From an uncultured Gemmatimonadales bacterium (lineage in GTDB: Bacteria > Gemmatimonadota > Gemmatimonadetes > Longimicrobiales > RSA9): a DNA stretch of 64,000 bases. The position numbers and the translations under genes are program-made. This document shows positions 41,877 through 51,333 of the stretch, piece after piece; the stretch's first letter is position 1, and every line of letters starts with the position of its first letter. The DNA is taken from positions 320,001-384,000 of the forward strand of contig CAWFKH010000005.1 in NCBI GenBank assembly GCA_963816355.1. Reading direction: 5' to 3'. The notes beneath the pieces are model-generated. The model saw only the letters and a list, made by a program, of their open reading frames with translations. It ran no database searches and was not told the DNA's origin.

Positions 41877-42837
41877 GCCACGCCGCGCCGAAGCGCCGGA
41901 CGATCGCGCCGGCGCTCTCGATCGAGCGGATCGCCGCGACGCTGCGGCCGGCCTGCCAGAAGTCCTTCGTGCCGCGCGGGTCGAGCGACGCGCGCTTGAG
42001 ACGCCACGCGGAGCGCAGCGCGTAGATCGTCCGCATCGCCTTCTTGCGACGGCGGCCGCGCAGCATCCAGCGCGCGAGCGGACCCGCATGCGTTCCCATC
42101 CGCTCGATGTACGGCGTGCGGATGACGGCGAGCGGCACGCCGGTGATGCGCTCGCTGAGCACGATGTCGTCCTCGGCGGCGTCGACGATGGCGCGCTTGT
42201 AGGCGTCGCTCGCCGCGCACTCCGTGGTCGCGATGAAGCGCGTGCCCATCTGGACGCCGTCGTAGCCCAGCCGTAGCGCCTCGACGAAGCCGGCCTGGTC
42301 GCCGACGCCGCCCGCGCACACGAGCGGCACGCCGAGGCCGCCCAGCTCGTCGATCAGCTCCGCGGCGCTCTTCGGCCCGGCGTGGCCGCCCGCGCGGCGG
42401 TTCACCGCGATCAGGCCGTCCGCGCCGGCCTCGAGCCCCTTCTCCGCCCACTTCCGCTCCGTTACGTCGTGATAGACGACGCCGCCGACCGCGTGCACGG
42501 CGTCGGCGACCCAGCGCGGCTTGCCCAGCGATGTGACGAAGAAGCGGACGCCCTCCTCGAGCGCGACGTCGACATAGGCGACCATGCGCTCGTGGTAGCG
42601 GCGCGAGGAGGACTCGATCAGCGCGTTCATGCCGATCGGCTTCGTCGTCAGGGAGCGGATGCGGCGCAGCCCGTCGCGCAGGTCGTAGCCGTAGACGTAC
42701 GTAAGGCTGACCGGCTGCACGACGCCGATGCCGCCCGCCTCCGACACCGCGGCGACCAGCTCCGGGTTGCTGCACGGGAACATCGCGCCGCAGACGAGCG
42801 GGATCTCGATGCCCGCATCGCGGGTGAGGCGGGTCAC
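41860..42837 (-). CDS. Nitronate monooxygenase / 2-nitropropane dioxygenase family
   Basis: AAVSEAGGIG, AGGHAG, AGGVGD and GVQMGTRFIAT. Confidence 0.9.
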   Translation of the reverse strand: MTRLTRDAGIEIPLVCGAMFPCSNPELVAAVSEAGGIGVVQPVSLTYVYGYDLRDGLRRIRSLTTKPIGMNALIESSSRRYHERMVAYVDVALEEGVRFFVTSLGKPRWVADAVHAVGGVVYHDVTERKWAEKGLEAGADGLIAVNRRAGGHAGPKSAAELIDELGGLGVPLVCAGGVGDQAGFVEALRLGYDGVQMGTRFIATTECAASDAYKRAIVDAAEDDIVLSERITGVPLAVIRTPYIERMGTHAGPLARWMLRGRRRKKAMRTIYALRSAWRLKRASLDPRGTKDFWQAGRSVAAIRSIESAGAIVRRFGAAWLSRPT

Positions 42838-42849
42838 GCGCGCCGCCTC

Positions 42850-44991
42850 CTAGCGGCTGCCATCGGCCCGCAGCTTCTCCGCGCCGCCCTGCCGCAGCAT
42901 GCGGTCGAAGAAGTCGGCGGCGGCGTGGTACGCGGCCAGCCAGCTCCGCTCCAGCAGGAAGTCGTGGACCTCGTCCGGGAAGACGAGCTCCTCGAAGTGG
43001 ACGCCGCGCCGGCGGAGCGCCTCCGCCAGATCGACGGTTTCGCTGAACGGCACGTTGCGGTCGTCGTCGCCCTGGATCAGCAGCACCGGCGAGCGCCAGC
43101 GGTCGACCGCCGCGAGCGGCGAAGACTCGAAGGCGAGCTTCGCCACGTCGGCACGCGCGGCCGCGTCGTAGCCGGAAGCGAAGTTGCGGATCACGACGTT
43201 CCAGTCGTGGACGCCGTGCAGGTCGACGCCCGCGGCGAAGAGGTCGGAGGCGCGCGCCAGGCCGAGCGCGGTCAGGTAGCCGCCGTACGAGCCGCCCCAC
43301 AGCCCGATGCCGTCGGGGTCGACGTCGTCGCGCGAGCGCAGGTAGAGGCCGGCGCCCTGCACGTCGCGGTACTCGCTGGCGCCGCGCGCGCCGTAGTCGA
43401 GCGCCTCGCGGAAGTCGAGGCCGTAGCCGATGCCGCTGCGGTAGTTCACGGCCAGCACGATGTAGCCGCGGCTGGCGAGGTACTGATTCATCGCGTACGC
43501 GTTGTGATAGTAGTACATGTAGTGGAAGCCGAGCAGCATCTGGCGCCGCGAGCCGCCGTGGAAGAAGACGACGGCCGGCCGCTTCTCCCCCGGCTTGATT
43601 CCCTTCGGCAGGAAGAGCTGCGCGTGGATGCGCACGCCGTCGGAGGCGGAGAAGACGACCGGCCGCGGGGCCACCAGGTCGGCGCTCGGGAAGTCCGCGG
43701 GGGGCCCCGAGATCGCGCGCCGCCCGCCGCCGGCGAGCACCTCCGCGTGCGCCGGCGTGCGCGGACCCGAGGCGAGGAAGACGACGTCGTCGTCCGCAGC
43801 GACCGGTGACCACTCCAGCCCCTCTCCGCTCGTCAGCGCGCGCGGCGCGGCATCGCCGGCGCTGGACACGCGCCACAGGTGGCGGCGGTCGATGTCGCCC
43901 TGGTTCGAGGAGAAGAGGAAGCCGCGCTGGTCGGACGTGAGCGCGACGTGCTGGATCTCGAAGTCGCCGGGCGTCAGGTCCACCGCCGCGCCGCCCACCG
44001 CCGGGACCGACCAGAGGTGGAGCCAGCCGGTCTTCTCCCACGGGAACGCGATGCGGCCGTCCGCCGTCCAGAAGATGCGGCCGCCCTCGTCGTTCGACGC
44101 GAAGGCGCTGCCCGGTCCCTCGTCCGCCTTCCAGATCGCGTGGCCCTCGCCGCTCGCGGGGTCCGCGACCACGATCGACCACGGCAGCGCCGTTCGCCGC
44201 GCGATGAACGGCAGCGGCGCCTTCTCGTTCGGCACGCGGACGAACGCGACGCGCCGGCCGTCCGGCGACCACACGGGGGCGCGATCGTGGTCCGTGCTCG
44301 GCGCCATGTAGCGCACGCGCTTCGCCGCGAGATCGTAGACGCCGACGAAGCCGTGGTCGCCGCGCCGGCTGGCGAAGGCGAGCCGGGCGCCGTCCGGCGA
44401 CCAGGCGAGATCGCCCGCGGAGCCGCGGATGGTGAGGAGCTGCTTCGCGGCCGCCGAGCCGTCGAGCGGCGCCGTCCAGATCTGGCCGCGGCGCACCAAG
44501 GCGACCACGTCGCCTCCCGGCGACACCGCCAGCTCGCGGCCCTCGCCCAGCTTCTTCGGCGCGCCGCCGTCCAGGCGGACCACCCACACCGCCTGCTCCG
44601 GCCACTCGGGATCGCTCGTCGGATTCGGGATCTCGCCCGCGCGGTTCGCGTTGCCGCCGCGCACGTAGACGACGGCGTCGCCGCCTGGCGTGAGTGCCGG
44701 CTCGGTGAGCTCCTGGCCGTCGTCCCGGTCGTAGGCGGTGACGCGCCGCGGCTTCCACTCCGGCGCCGAGGCCACCCACACGTTCCGCATGCCGCGGTCG
44801 TCGCGGACCCACACCACCGCGCGGCCGTCCGCCGACGCCGTCAGGTCCGTGGGGAACGGGTCGCTCAGGACCTGCTCCAGCGTGAAGGCCTGCGCCAGCG
44901 CGGGCGCGGGGGCGATCGCCGCCACCGTCCAGATGGACGCGGCGGCGATGGCCGCGGCGGTCGCGGCGGTGGATCTGCGGGGATCCGTCAT
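42850..44991 (-). CDS. Secreted S9 family peptidase with PD40 propeller
   Basis: WSPDG repeats, HGG, GGSYGG, DDRNV and EVH. Confidence 0.92.
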   Translation of the reverse strand: MTDPRRSTAATAAAIAAASIWTVAAIAPAPALAQAFTLEQVLSDPFPTDLTASADGRAVVWVRDDRGMRNVWVASAPEWKPRRVTAYDRDDGQELTEPALTPGGDAVVYVRGGNANRAGEIPNPTSDPEWPEQAVWVVRLDGGAPKKLGEGRELAVSPGGDVVALVRRGQIWTAPLDGSAAAKQLLTIRGSAGDLAWSPDGARLAFASRRGDHGFVGVYDLAAKRVRYMAPSTDHDRAPVWSPDGRRVAFVRVPNEKAPLPFIARRTALPWSIVVADPASGEGHAIWKADEGPGSAFASNDEGGRIFWTADGRIAFPWEKTGWLHLWSVPAVGGAAVDLTPGDFEIQHVALTSDQRGFLFSSNQGDIDRRHLWRVSSAGDAAPRALTSGEGLEWSPVAADDDVVFLASGPRTPAHAEVLAGGGRRAISGPPADFPSADLVAPRPVVFSASDGVRIHAQLFLPKGIKPGEKRPAVVFFHGGSRRQMLLGFHYMYYYHNAYAMNQYLASRGYIVLAVNYRSGIGYGLDFREALDYGARGASEYRDVQGAGLYLRSRDDVDPDGIGLWGGSYGGYLTALGLARASDLFAAGVDLHGVHDWNVVIRNFASGYDAAARADVAKLAFESSPLAAVDRWRSPVLLIQGDDDRNVPFSETVDLAEALRRRGVHFEELVFPDEVHDFLLERSWLAAYHAAADFFDRMLRQGGAEKLRADGSR

Positions 44992-45146
44992 GGCCACTCT
45001 CCGTCTTGATTCGCGTGGAGGACGCGGGTAATCTGGACCCGCGGCGACGGCGCGCGCCAGCACGGCGCGGCGCGGCCCGCACCGCGGCGGCGGCGCCGCG
45101 CGGCTGCTCCCCTCCCCCTGCGACGTCCCTCGCTGGCACGAAGCCG

Positions 45147-46217
45147 ATGACGAGAACCACGCTGCTCGCCCTCCTCCTCGCGGTGCCGGTCGCCGCGAGC
45201 GCGCAGACGCGGCGCGACACGGAGCTGCGGAGCCTCGTCGCGCGACTGCTGCCGGTGGTCGAGCGCGTGAGCGGACTCGAGGCGCGACGCCCGATCCACG
45301 CGTCGTGGCGCTCGCGAGCGCAGCTCGCGGTCTTCCTGCGCGCGAGCATCGAGGAGCACCTGGAGGACGAGATCGAGCCGCAGGAAGCGGCGTTCCGCGC
45401 GCTCGGCCTGCTGCCGGACACGTTCACCGTCGCGGCCTCCGCGGTCGACATCGACACGACCGCCCTCGCGGGCTACTACGACCCGAAGACCGACACGCTA
45501 TACGTCATCGAGGGGGGCCCGCTCGCGACGCTCCACCAGGTGGTGGCCCACGAGATGACGCACGCGATCCAGGACCAGAACTTCCACCTCGACTCGCTCC
45601 TCGCCCACGCCTCCGACGACGACCACTCCCTCGCCGTGCGCGCCGCCGTCGAGGGACACGCGCTCGTCACCGGCGTCCTCGTCGACCTCGGGGAACGGCT
45701 GCACCGGCCGGTCGACGCCTCGGAGCTGATCGGCCTCAGCGCGATGATGGGGATGGTCCCGGCCGTCCCCGCCGCCATGCGCGAATCCGTGCCGCGCATC
45801 GTCCGCGAGACGATGGTCTTTCCCTACATCGCCGGCGGCGGCTACGTCCAGACGCTTCGGGCGCACGCCGTGGAGGTGAACACACTCGGCCAGTTCCAGC
45901 TCTCCGTCCTGCTGATGGAGCACCTCGGGCTGCAGTCCGAGGCGCTCGCCGACGGCTGGGGCGGCGATCGCTATGTGTTGCTCACCGACGGCGCCCGGCA
46001 CGCGCTCGTCTGGTACGTCGTCTGGGACGACGGCCACTCCGCCTTCCGCTTCGCGCGCGCCTACCAGCGCATCCTCGCCCGGCGTCACCGCGCCGGCGCC
46101 GCCGAGGAGGTCACCATCGACGGCCATCCCGGCGTGCGCATCGTCGACGCCGACGCGGGTGTCGATCCGGCCACCCTGCCGCCGCTCGCCGCCCACGCGC
46201 TCGCCCCCTCGCGATGA
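45147..46217 (+). CDS. Secreted HExxH zinc-peptidase-like hypothetical protein
   Basis: Signal peptide, AGYYDP, AHEMTHAIQDQ, EGHA, FPY and GWGGDRY. Confidence 0.75.
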   Translation: MTRTTLLALLLAVPVAASAQTRRDTELRSLVARLLPVVERVSGLEARRPIHASWRSRAQLAVFLRASIEEHLEDEIEPQEAAFRALGLLPDTFTVAASAVDIDTTALAGYYDPKTDTLYVIEGGPLATLHQVVAHEMTHAIQDQNFHLDSLLAHASDDDHSLAVRAAVEGHALVTGVLVDLGERLHRPVDASELIGLSAMMGMVPAVPAAMRESVPRIVRETMVFPYIAGGGYVQTLRAHAVEVNTLGQFQLSVLLMEHLGLQSEALADGWGGDRYVLLTDGARHALVWYVVWDDGHSAFRFARAYQRILARRHRAGAAEEVTIDGHPGVRIVDADAGVDPATLPPLAAHALAPSR

Positions 46218-46907
46218 TCGAGCTGATCGGGATCGACGCCGACGACACGCTCTGGCACAACGAGCCGCTCTTCACCGACACGCAGGCGCGTTTCCGCGCG
46301 CTGCTGTCGCGCTACGTCGAGCCCCCGATCATTGAGCAGCGCCTCTTCGAGACCGAGACCCGCAACCTCGCCCATTTCGGCTACGGCGTGAAAGCGTTCA
46401 CGCTGTCGATGATCGAGACCGCGGTCGAGCTGACCGACGGCGCCGTCACGGCGCGCGAGATCGGCGAGGTGCTGCGGCTGGGACGCCAGAATGCTGATGG
46501 CGCCCGTGCGGCTGATCGACGGCGTCGCCGAAACGGTGGCCGAGATCGCCCACGACCACACGCTCGCGCTGATCACGAAGGGGGACCTGCTCGATCAGGA
46601 GACGAAGCTCGCGCGCTCCGGACTCGGCGACCACTTCGCGCACCTCGAGGTCGTCTCGCGCAAGGACCGCGGCACGTACGAGCGGATCCTCGACGCGCAC
46701 GGCGTCCCGCCCGCCGCGTTCGTCATGGTGGGCAATTCGATCCGCTCCGACATCCTGCCGGTGCTCGAGACCGGCGCCGCCGCCGTCCACATCCCGTACC
46801 CGGAGACGTGGGCGCACGAGGAGGTGCCGGCGCACGCGGTGCGGGAGCGCAGCTTCCTGACCATCGAGGACTTCCGGGAGCTGCCGCGGGTGCTGCGCGA
46901 GATGTGA
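46214..46907 (+). CDS. HAD family hydrolase; +1 frameshift near 46490
   Basis: DADDTLWHNE and GYGVKAF in one frame; ITKGDL and MVGNSIRSDI in the next. Confidence 0.88.
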
Positions 46908-46934
46908 GGGGCGGCGGGCACCCGCGACGCGCCG

Positions 46935-47648
46935 TCAGCCGTCGCGCGGCGGCGCCACCCCCTCGACCGCCTCGCCGGCAATGTGCGGCGCGACGACCGG
47001 CGCGGCGACCCGGAAGCGGGCGATCTCGACCCGCGAGAACCCCGCCGCCTCGATCGCTCCCGCGGTCTCACGGTCCGGCTCGCAGCCATCCGCGGCGATG
47101 CGCCACAGCGGCCGGATCCAACGCTGCAGCCGCCGCAGACCGCTGCCGCGCGGCGCCGCCACGTGCTCGACGAAGACGAAGCGGCCGCCCGGCCGCAGCA
47201 CCCGCCGCACCTCGCGCAGCGCCGCCCGCGGGTCCCGCACGCTGCACAGGACGAGCGTCATGACGACGGCGTCCGCGAAATGGTCCGGCAGCGGCAGCGC
47301 CTCGGCGACGCCGCGACGCACTTCCACATCGATCCCCATCCGCGCCGCTTCCCGCCGCAGCCCCCGCTCCATGAACGGGTTCGGCTCGACGCCGATCCAG
47401 GCGACATCGCTCGCGTAGTAGCGGAGGTTCGCGCCGATGCCCGGGCCCACTTCGACGATGCGGCCGCGCAGCCCGCCCAGCAGCGCCCGTTTGCGCGGCT
47501 CGACCTCGCGCTCGTACGCCTCGGTCGTGCGCGCCAGCAGCCACGCCTGCAGCCGGCGGTACCAGCCGAAACGGCCCAGCAGGGCGGCGCCTCCACCTGC
47601 CCCCGACGCCCGGGGATGCCGCCCCGCCCCGTTCACGTCGCCGCCCAT
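46935..47648 (-). CDS. Class I SAM-dependent methyltransferase; start uncertain
   Basis: VEVGPGIGAN, LVLCSV and VLRPGGRFVFVEH. Confidence 0.9.
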   Translation of the reverse strand: MGGDVNGAGRHPRASGAGGGAALLGRFGWYRRLQAWLLARTTEAYEREVEPRKRALLGGLRGRIVEVGPGIGANLRYYASDVAWIGVEPNPFMERGLRREAARMGIDVEVRRGVAEALPLPDHFADAVVMTLVLCSVRDPRAALREVRRVLRPGGRFVFVEHVAAPRGSGLRRLQRWIRPLWRIAADGCEPDRETAGAIEAAGFSRVEIARFRVAAPVVAPHIAGEAVEGVAPPRDG

Positions 47649-47749
47649 CCGCACGCCCCTGTCACGGGTGGTGCCGCGCCGGGCGGCCGCCTATGTTGGC
47701 CGCGCGTGCGACGTCGTACGCGAGCCGTTCCGCCCGACCAGGAGACGCG

Positions 47750-48223
47750 ATGCCCAACCGCACCGCCCGATTCGACACGACCGAAGGCAGCTTCGCCGTC
47801 GAGCTCTTCGAGGAGCGCGCACCGAAGACGACCGGCAACTTCGTCAAGCTCGCCGAGGAGGGCTTCTACGACGGCACGATCTTCCACCGCGTGATCGACG
47901 GCTTCATGATCCAGGGCGGCGACCCGACCGGCACCGGCCGCGGCGGGCCCGGCTACTCCATCCCCGACGAGTTCCACCCGGAGCTGCGCCACGCCGCCGA
48001 GGGCGTGCTCTCCATGGCGAACGCCGGCCCGAACACCGGAGGCTCCCAGTTCTTCGTCACCCTCGCCGCCACGCCGTGGCTCGACGACCGCCACGCCGTC
48101 TTCGGAAGGGTGAGCGAAGGGATGGACGTCGTGCATCGCATCGGGAAGGTGGCGACCGGCCGCGGCGACCGGCCCGTCGAGGAGGTCCGCATCGAGTCGA
48201 TCACCGTCGCGCCCGCGCAGTAG
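47750..48223 (+). CDS. ppiA: Cyclophilin-type peptidyl-prolyl cis-trans isomerase
   Basis: FHRVIDGFMIQGGDP, SMANAGPNTGGSQFF and HAVFG. Confidence 0.95.
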   Translation: MPNRTARFDTTEGSFAVELFEERAPKTTGNFVKLAEEGFYDGTIFHRVIDGFMIQGGDPTGTGRGGPGYSIPDEFHPELRHAAEGVLSMANAGPNTGGSQFFVTLAATPWLDDRHAVFGRVSEGMDVVHRIGKVATGRGDRPVEEVRIESITVAPAQ

Positions 48224-48232
48224 CCGCGCGCT

Positions 48233-49528
48233 CTACAGCTTCACGACGTTCTCCGCCTCCGGTCCCTTGCGCGCGTCGACCCGCGTGAACTCGACGCGGT
48301 CGCCCTCGTCCAGCGTGCGGAAGCCCTCGCCGACGATCGCCGTGTAGTGGACGAAGCAATCGTCACCGCCATCCTCGGGGGTGACGAAGCCGAACCCCTT
48401 CGAGTCGCTGAACCACTTGACCGTTCCGCCGATCCGCGGCCCGGCGGCGGCGGCGGTCGCGGCGTCCGACGCGGTCTGCCGCACGCGCGGCCCTTCCCCC
48501 GCGTCGGATCCCTTCGACGACGCCGGCGCCGATTCCGCTTCGCCGCCCGAGCGCCCGCTATCCGAACGCCCGCCGCCCGAACGCCCGCCGCCCGAACGCC
48601 CGCCGCCCGAACGCCGGCCGCCACCGCGCCCGCCACCGCCCGTGCCATCGCCGCCACCGCGCCCGCCACGGGCGTCGCCATCGCCACCGTCGGTGCCGCC
48701 GCCGCGCCCGCCGCGGGCGCTGCCGGCGCCGGCCATCTCGGGCGACGACGTCGCCTCGATCCACTCCGGGCGCTGCGCGGCCCGCCGCGCCAGCTCGCCC
48801 ACCGCGTCGCTCCGGGCGGAGGCGATGATCACCGTCTGGCGCGACGCCGGCAGCGCCGCCAGGACGGGATCGAGATCGCGGGCGGAGGAGCCGAGGCGAT
48901 CCGCGTCGTCGACGACGAGCACCTCGACCTCGGTCAGGTCGAGGTCGCCCGAGCCGAGGAGCTCGGCGGCGCGCGTCGGCGTGGTCACCAGCAGATCGAA
49001 GCCCGCGCGCAGGTCGCGGAGCTGACGCTCCGGCGGCACCCCCGCGTGCAGGAGGCCGATCCACAGGTGCGTCTCGCCGGCGAGGGCCTCCGCTTCAGCG
49101 CCCACGGCGGCGACGGCGGCGTCGCCCGGGCAGAGGATCAGCGTGCGCAGCCCCTCCCTCCCGACCTGCCGCTCCACGACCGGCAGCATGTAGGCGCCGG
49201 TCTTGCCGGCGCCGGCGGGCGCGATGACCACGACGTCGTGGCCAGCGCCGATCTGCGGCGTGGCCGCCGACTGCACCGGCGTCGGCCGCGACCACCCGCG
49301 CGCCTCGAGCGCCTCACGCAGCGGCGCTGACGACGTCAGCTCCTCGAAGCTGCGGCGCTGCGGTACGCGCGGCGCTTCCGACTCCGGCGGCGTCGCGGTC
49401 CGCAGCTTCGGCGCCGCCGCCCCGGCCGCGCCGCGCCGCCGCCGGAGGAGCGCATACAGCACGGCCGCGCCCACGAAGGCGACGACGACGAGCGTCCAGA
49501 TCAGCGGCTGCCAGCCGAAACTATCCAA
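48233..49528 (-). CDS. Fusion of TM helix, degenerate DEAD-box domain 1, RGG linker and cold-shock domain; start TTG 49528 or ATG 49597
   Basis: [17 protein letters not shown] and SAR; GGRS repeats; GTVKWF...GFGF...CFVHY. Confidence 0.85.
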   Translation of the reverse strand: MDSFGWQPLIWTLVVVAFVGAAVLYALLRRRRGAAGAAAPKLRTATPPESEAPRVPQRRSFEELTSSAPLREALEARGWSRPTPVQSAATPQIGAGHDVVVIAPAGAGKTGAYMLPVVERQVGREGLRTLILCPGDAAVAAVGAEAEALAGETHLWIGLLHAGVPPERQLRDLRAGFDLLVTTPTRAAELLGSGDLDLTEVEVLVVDDADRLGSSARDLDPVLAALPASRQTVIIASARSDAVGELARRAAQRPEWIEATSSPEMAGAGSARGGRGGGTDGGDGDARGGRGGGDGTGGGGRGGGRRSGGGRSGGGRSGGGRSDSGRSGGEAESAPASSKGSDAGEGPRVRQTASDAATAAAAGPRIGGTVKWFSDSKGFGFVTPEDGGDDCFVHYTAIVGEGFRTLDEGDRVEFTRVDARKGPEAENVVKL

Positions 49529-49750
49529 GGGCTCCCTTCCGCTCCCTTCCCAACGGACCGCATGCTCGTAACGATCCGCACCTCCGCGAGGCATCATTCT
49601 GGACGGCGCCGACGACGACTGTCAAGCGAGGAGGCCGGCACGCCATCGCGCGCCGGCCTCTCGCATTGTCCCGGACGTCGGCCCGGGAGCCGATCGGCCG
49701 GCGCTACGCCCGGCCGGTCGCGTCGCGGCCACCGAGCCGCGGCGAGCGCC

Positions 49751-49939
49751 TCAGTGGCGCAGCAGGAACCAGGCACCCACCGGCACCGCGAGCGCGGCCG
49801 CGGCGAGACCGGCCGTCTGCGTCCGGCTCAGGTTGTGGTACGCCGTATAGGCGACCGCCCCCTTCACGGGATGCTTCAACATGAACGTCGCCTTCGGCGC
49901 CTTCGTGTATCCGATCAAGGTCCCGATCTTCCTCAACAT
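49751..49939 (-). CDS. Small hypothetical membrane protein
   Basis: GGAGG RBS, 62 aa, hydrophobic C-terminus. Confidence 0.7.
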   Translation of the reverse strand: MLRKIGTLIGYTKAPKATFMLKHPVKGAVAYTAYHNLSRTQTAGLAAAALAVPVGAWFLLRH

Positions 49940-49985
49940 GCGCTATCCTCCCGGTCAACGGACACCAGATTGTGATGGGATGCAA

Positions 49986-50001
49986 TGCAAGGGACGCGCC
50001 G
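49986..50001 (-). promoter_or_regulatory. Possible sigma54-type promoter (CGGCGC-N5-TTGCA) for 49751-49939
   Basis: GG-N10-GC spacing with a good TTGCA -12, about 47 bp upstream of the ATG. Confidence 0.35.
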
Positions 50002-50005
50002 GGGG

Positions 50006-50447
50006 CTCGCCTTCGGCGAGGGAAGCTCGCCTGGCGGCGAAGGAAGCTCGCCTGCGGCGAGGGAAGCCCGCCTGCGGCGGGGGAAGCCGCCTCCGGCGGG
50101 GGCCGGCTGCGCCGGGGAGGCTCGCCTGACGGCGAGGGAAGCTCGCCTCCGGCGGGGGCCGGCTGCGCCGGGGAGGCTCGCCTGACGGCGAGGGAAGCTC
50201 GCCTGCGGCGAGGGCCGGCTGCGCCGGGGAAGCCCGCCTGACGGCGGGGGAAGCCGCCTGCGGCGGGGGCCGGCTGCGCCGGGGAAGCCCGCCTGGCGGC
50301 GGGGGAAGCCCGCCTCCGGCGGGGGCCGGCTGCGCCGGGGAGGCTCGCCTGACGGCGAGGGAAGCCGCCTCCGGCGGGGGCCGGCTGCGCCGGGGAGGCT
50401 CGCCTGACGGCGAGGGAAGCTCGCCTCCGGCGGGGGGCCGCCTGCGG
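50006..50447. repeat. Left mini-hairpin array (about 23 hairpins; GNA/GNNA loops on the minus strand)
   Basis: ctcgcc/cccgcc/ccggc stems with ttc/tgc/tcc/tgac/tggc loops and gggaag/gggg spacers. Confidence 0.92.
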
Positions 50448-50457
50448 GTCTTTCAGG

Positions 50458-50856
50458 TCAGGGGCGATCCGAGGAGGCCCGACGTTGCATGGCGCGGCAG
50501 TGGTGGACGAGCACTATGCCGAGACGGCGCGCGGCGGCCCGGCACGGGGCGAGCGACTCGGCGGGCTCGATGCCTTTGATCGCGAGCAGCGCCAATGCGT
50601 TCTCCGCTTCGGAGACGGAGCGGCGGGCGATTCGGTAGATGCGTGCCTTTTCCGCCGGCCGATACTCACCGATCGCTTCGCCCACGTTCAGGACCGCCGA
50701 ATCGACCGCCCGATCGAGCTGGTCGCTCAACGCGGGCCACGATCGCCTCACCCGATTGACGATCGGCAACGCCGCCGCCGCGAATCCCTCGGCCAGCCGC
50801 CGCACGGCAAGCCCCTCATACTCAGCGCCCAAACCCTCCTCCTCTCCGTCCGTCAT
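50458..50856 (-). CDS. Four-helix-bundle protein (23S rRNA IVP / bAvd-like fold)
   Basis: YEGLAV, LSDQLDRAVDSAVLNVGEA and EKARIYRIARRSVSEAE; about 132 aa. Confidence 0.82.
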   Translation of the reverse strand: MTDGEEEGLGAEYEGLAVRRLAEGFAAAALPIVNRVRRSWPALSDQLDRAVDSAVLNVGEAIGEYRPAEKARIYRIARRSVSEAENALALLAIKGIEPAESLAPCRAAARRLGIVLVHHCRAMQRRASSDRP

Positions 50857-50921
50857 CACAACATCCACTCCCTGCCCGGCCAGATCCATGTCCCCGTGAG
50901 CCCTAACCAAGGCGGTTTGCC

Positions 50922-51252
50922 CCGGCGCAGCCGGCCCCTCGCCGCCAGGCGAGCTTCCCCGGCGCAGCCGGCCCCTCGCCGAAGGCGAGCTCCCCCGGCG
51001 CAGCCGGCCCCTCGCCGAAGGCGAGCTCCCCCTCGCGAAGCGAGCTTCCCTCGCCGAAGGCGAGCTCCCCCGGCGCAGCCGGCCCCTCGCCGAAGGCGAG
51101 CTCCCCCTCGCGAAGCGAGCTTCCCTCGCCGAAGGCGAGCTCCCCCGGCGCAGCCGGCCCCTCGCCGAAGGCGAGCTTCCCTCGCGAAGCGAGCTTCCCT
51201 CGCCGCCAGGCGAGCTTCCCCGGCGCAGCCGGCTTCCCTCGCCGCAGGCGAG
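50922..51252. repeat. Right mini-hairpin array (about 18 hairpins; GNA/GNNA loops on the plus strand), inverted relative to the left array
   Basis: ctcgcc-GAA-ggcgag, ccggc-GCA-gccgg and ctcgc-GAA-gcgag with cttccc spacers. Confidence 0.92.
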
Positions 51253-51333
51253 CGCTCCGCGCTTGCGCCACCCGCCCGCCTCCCTCATCATCGCCACCCC
51301 GGGCCGGACCGACCCACGACGGAGCAGCCCATC

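Noticed and set aside
50006..51252. CRISPR array or diversity-generating retroelement around the bAvd-like gene
   Set aside because: No unique spacers, no reverse transcriptase, and no TR/VR pair differing at adenines was seen.
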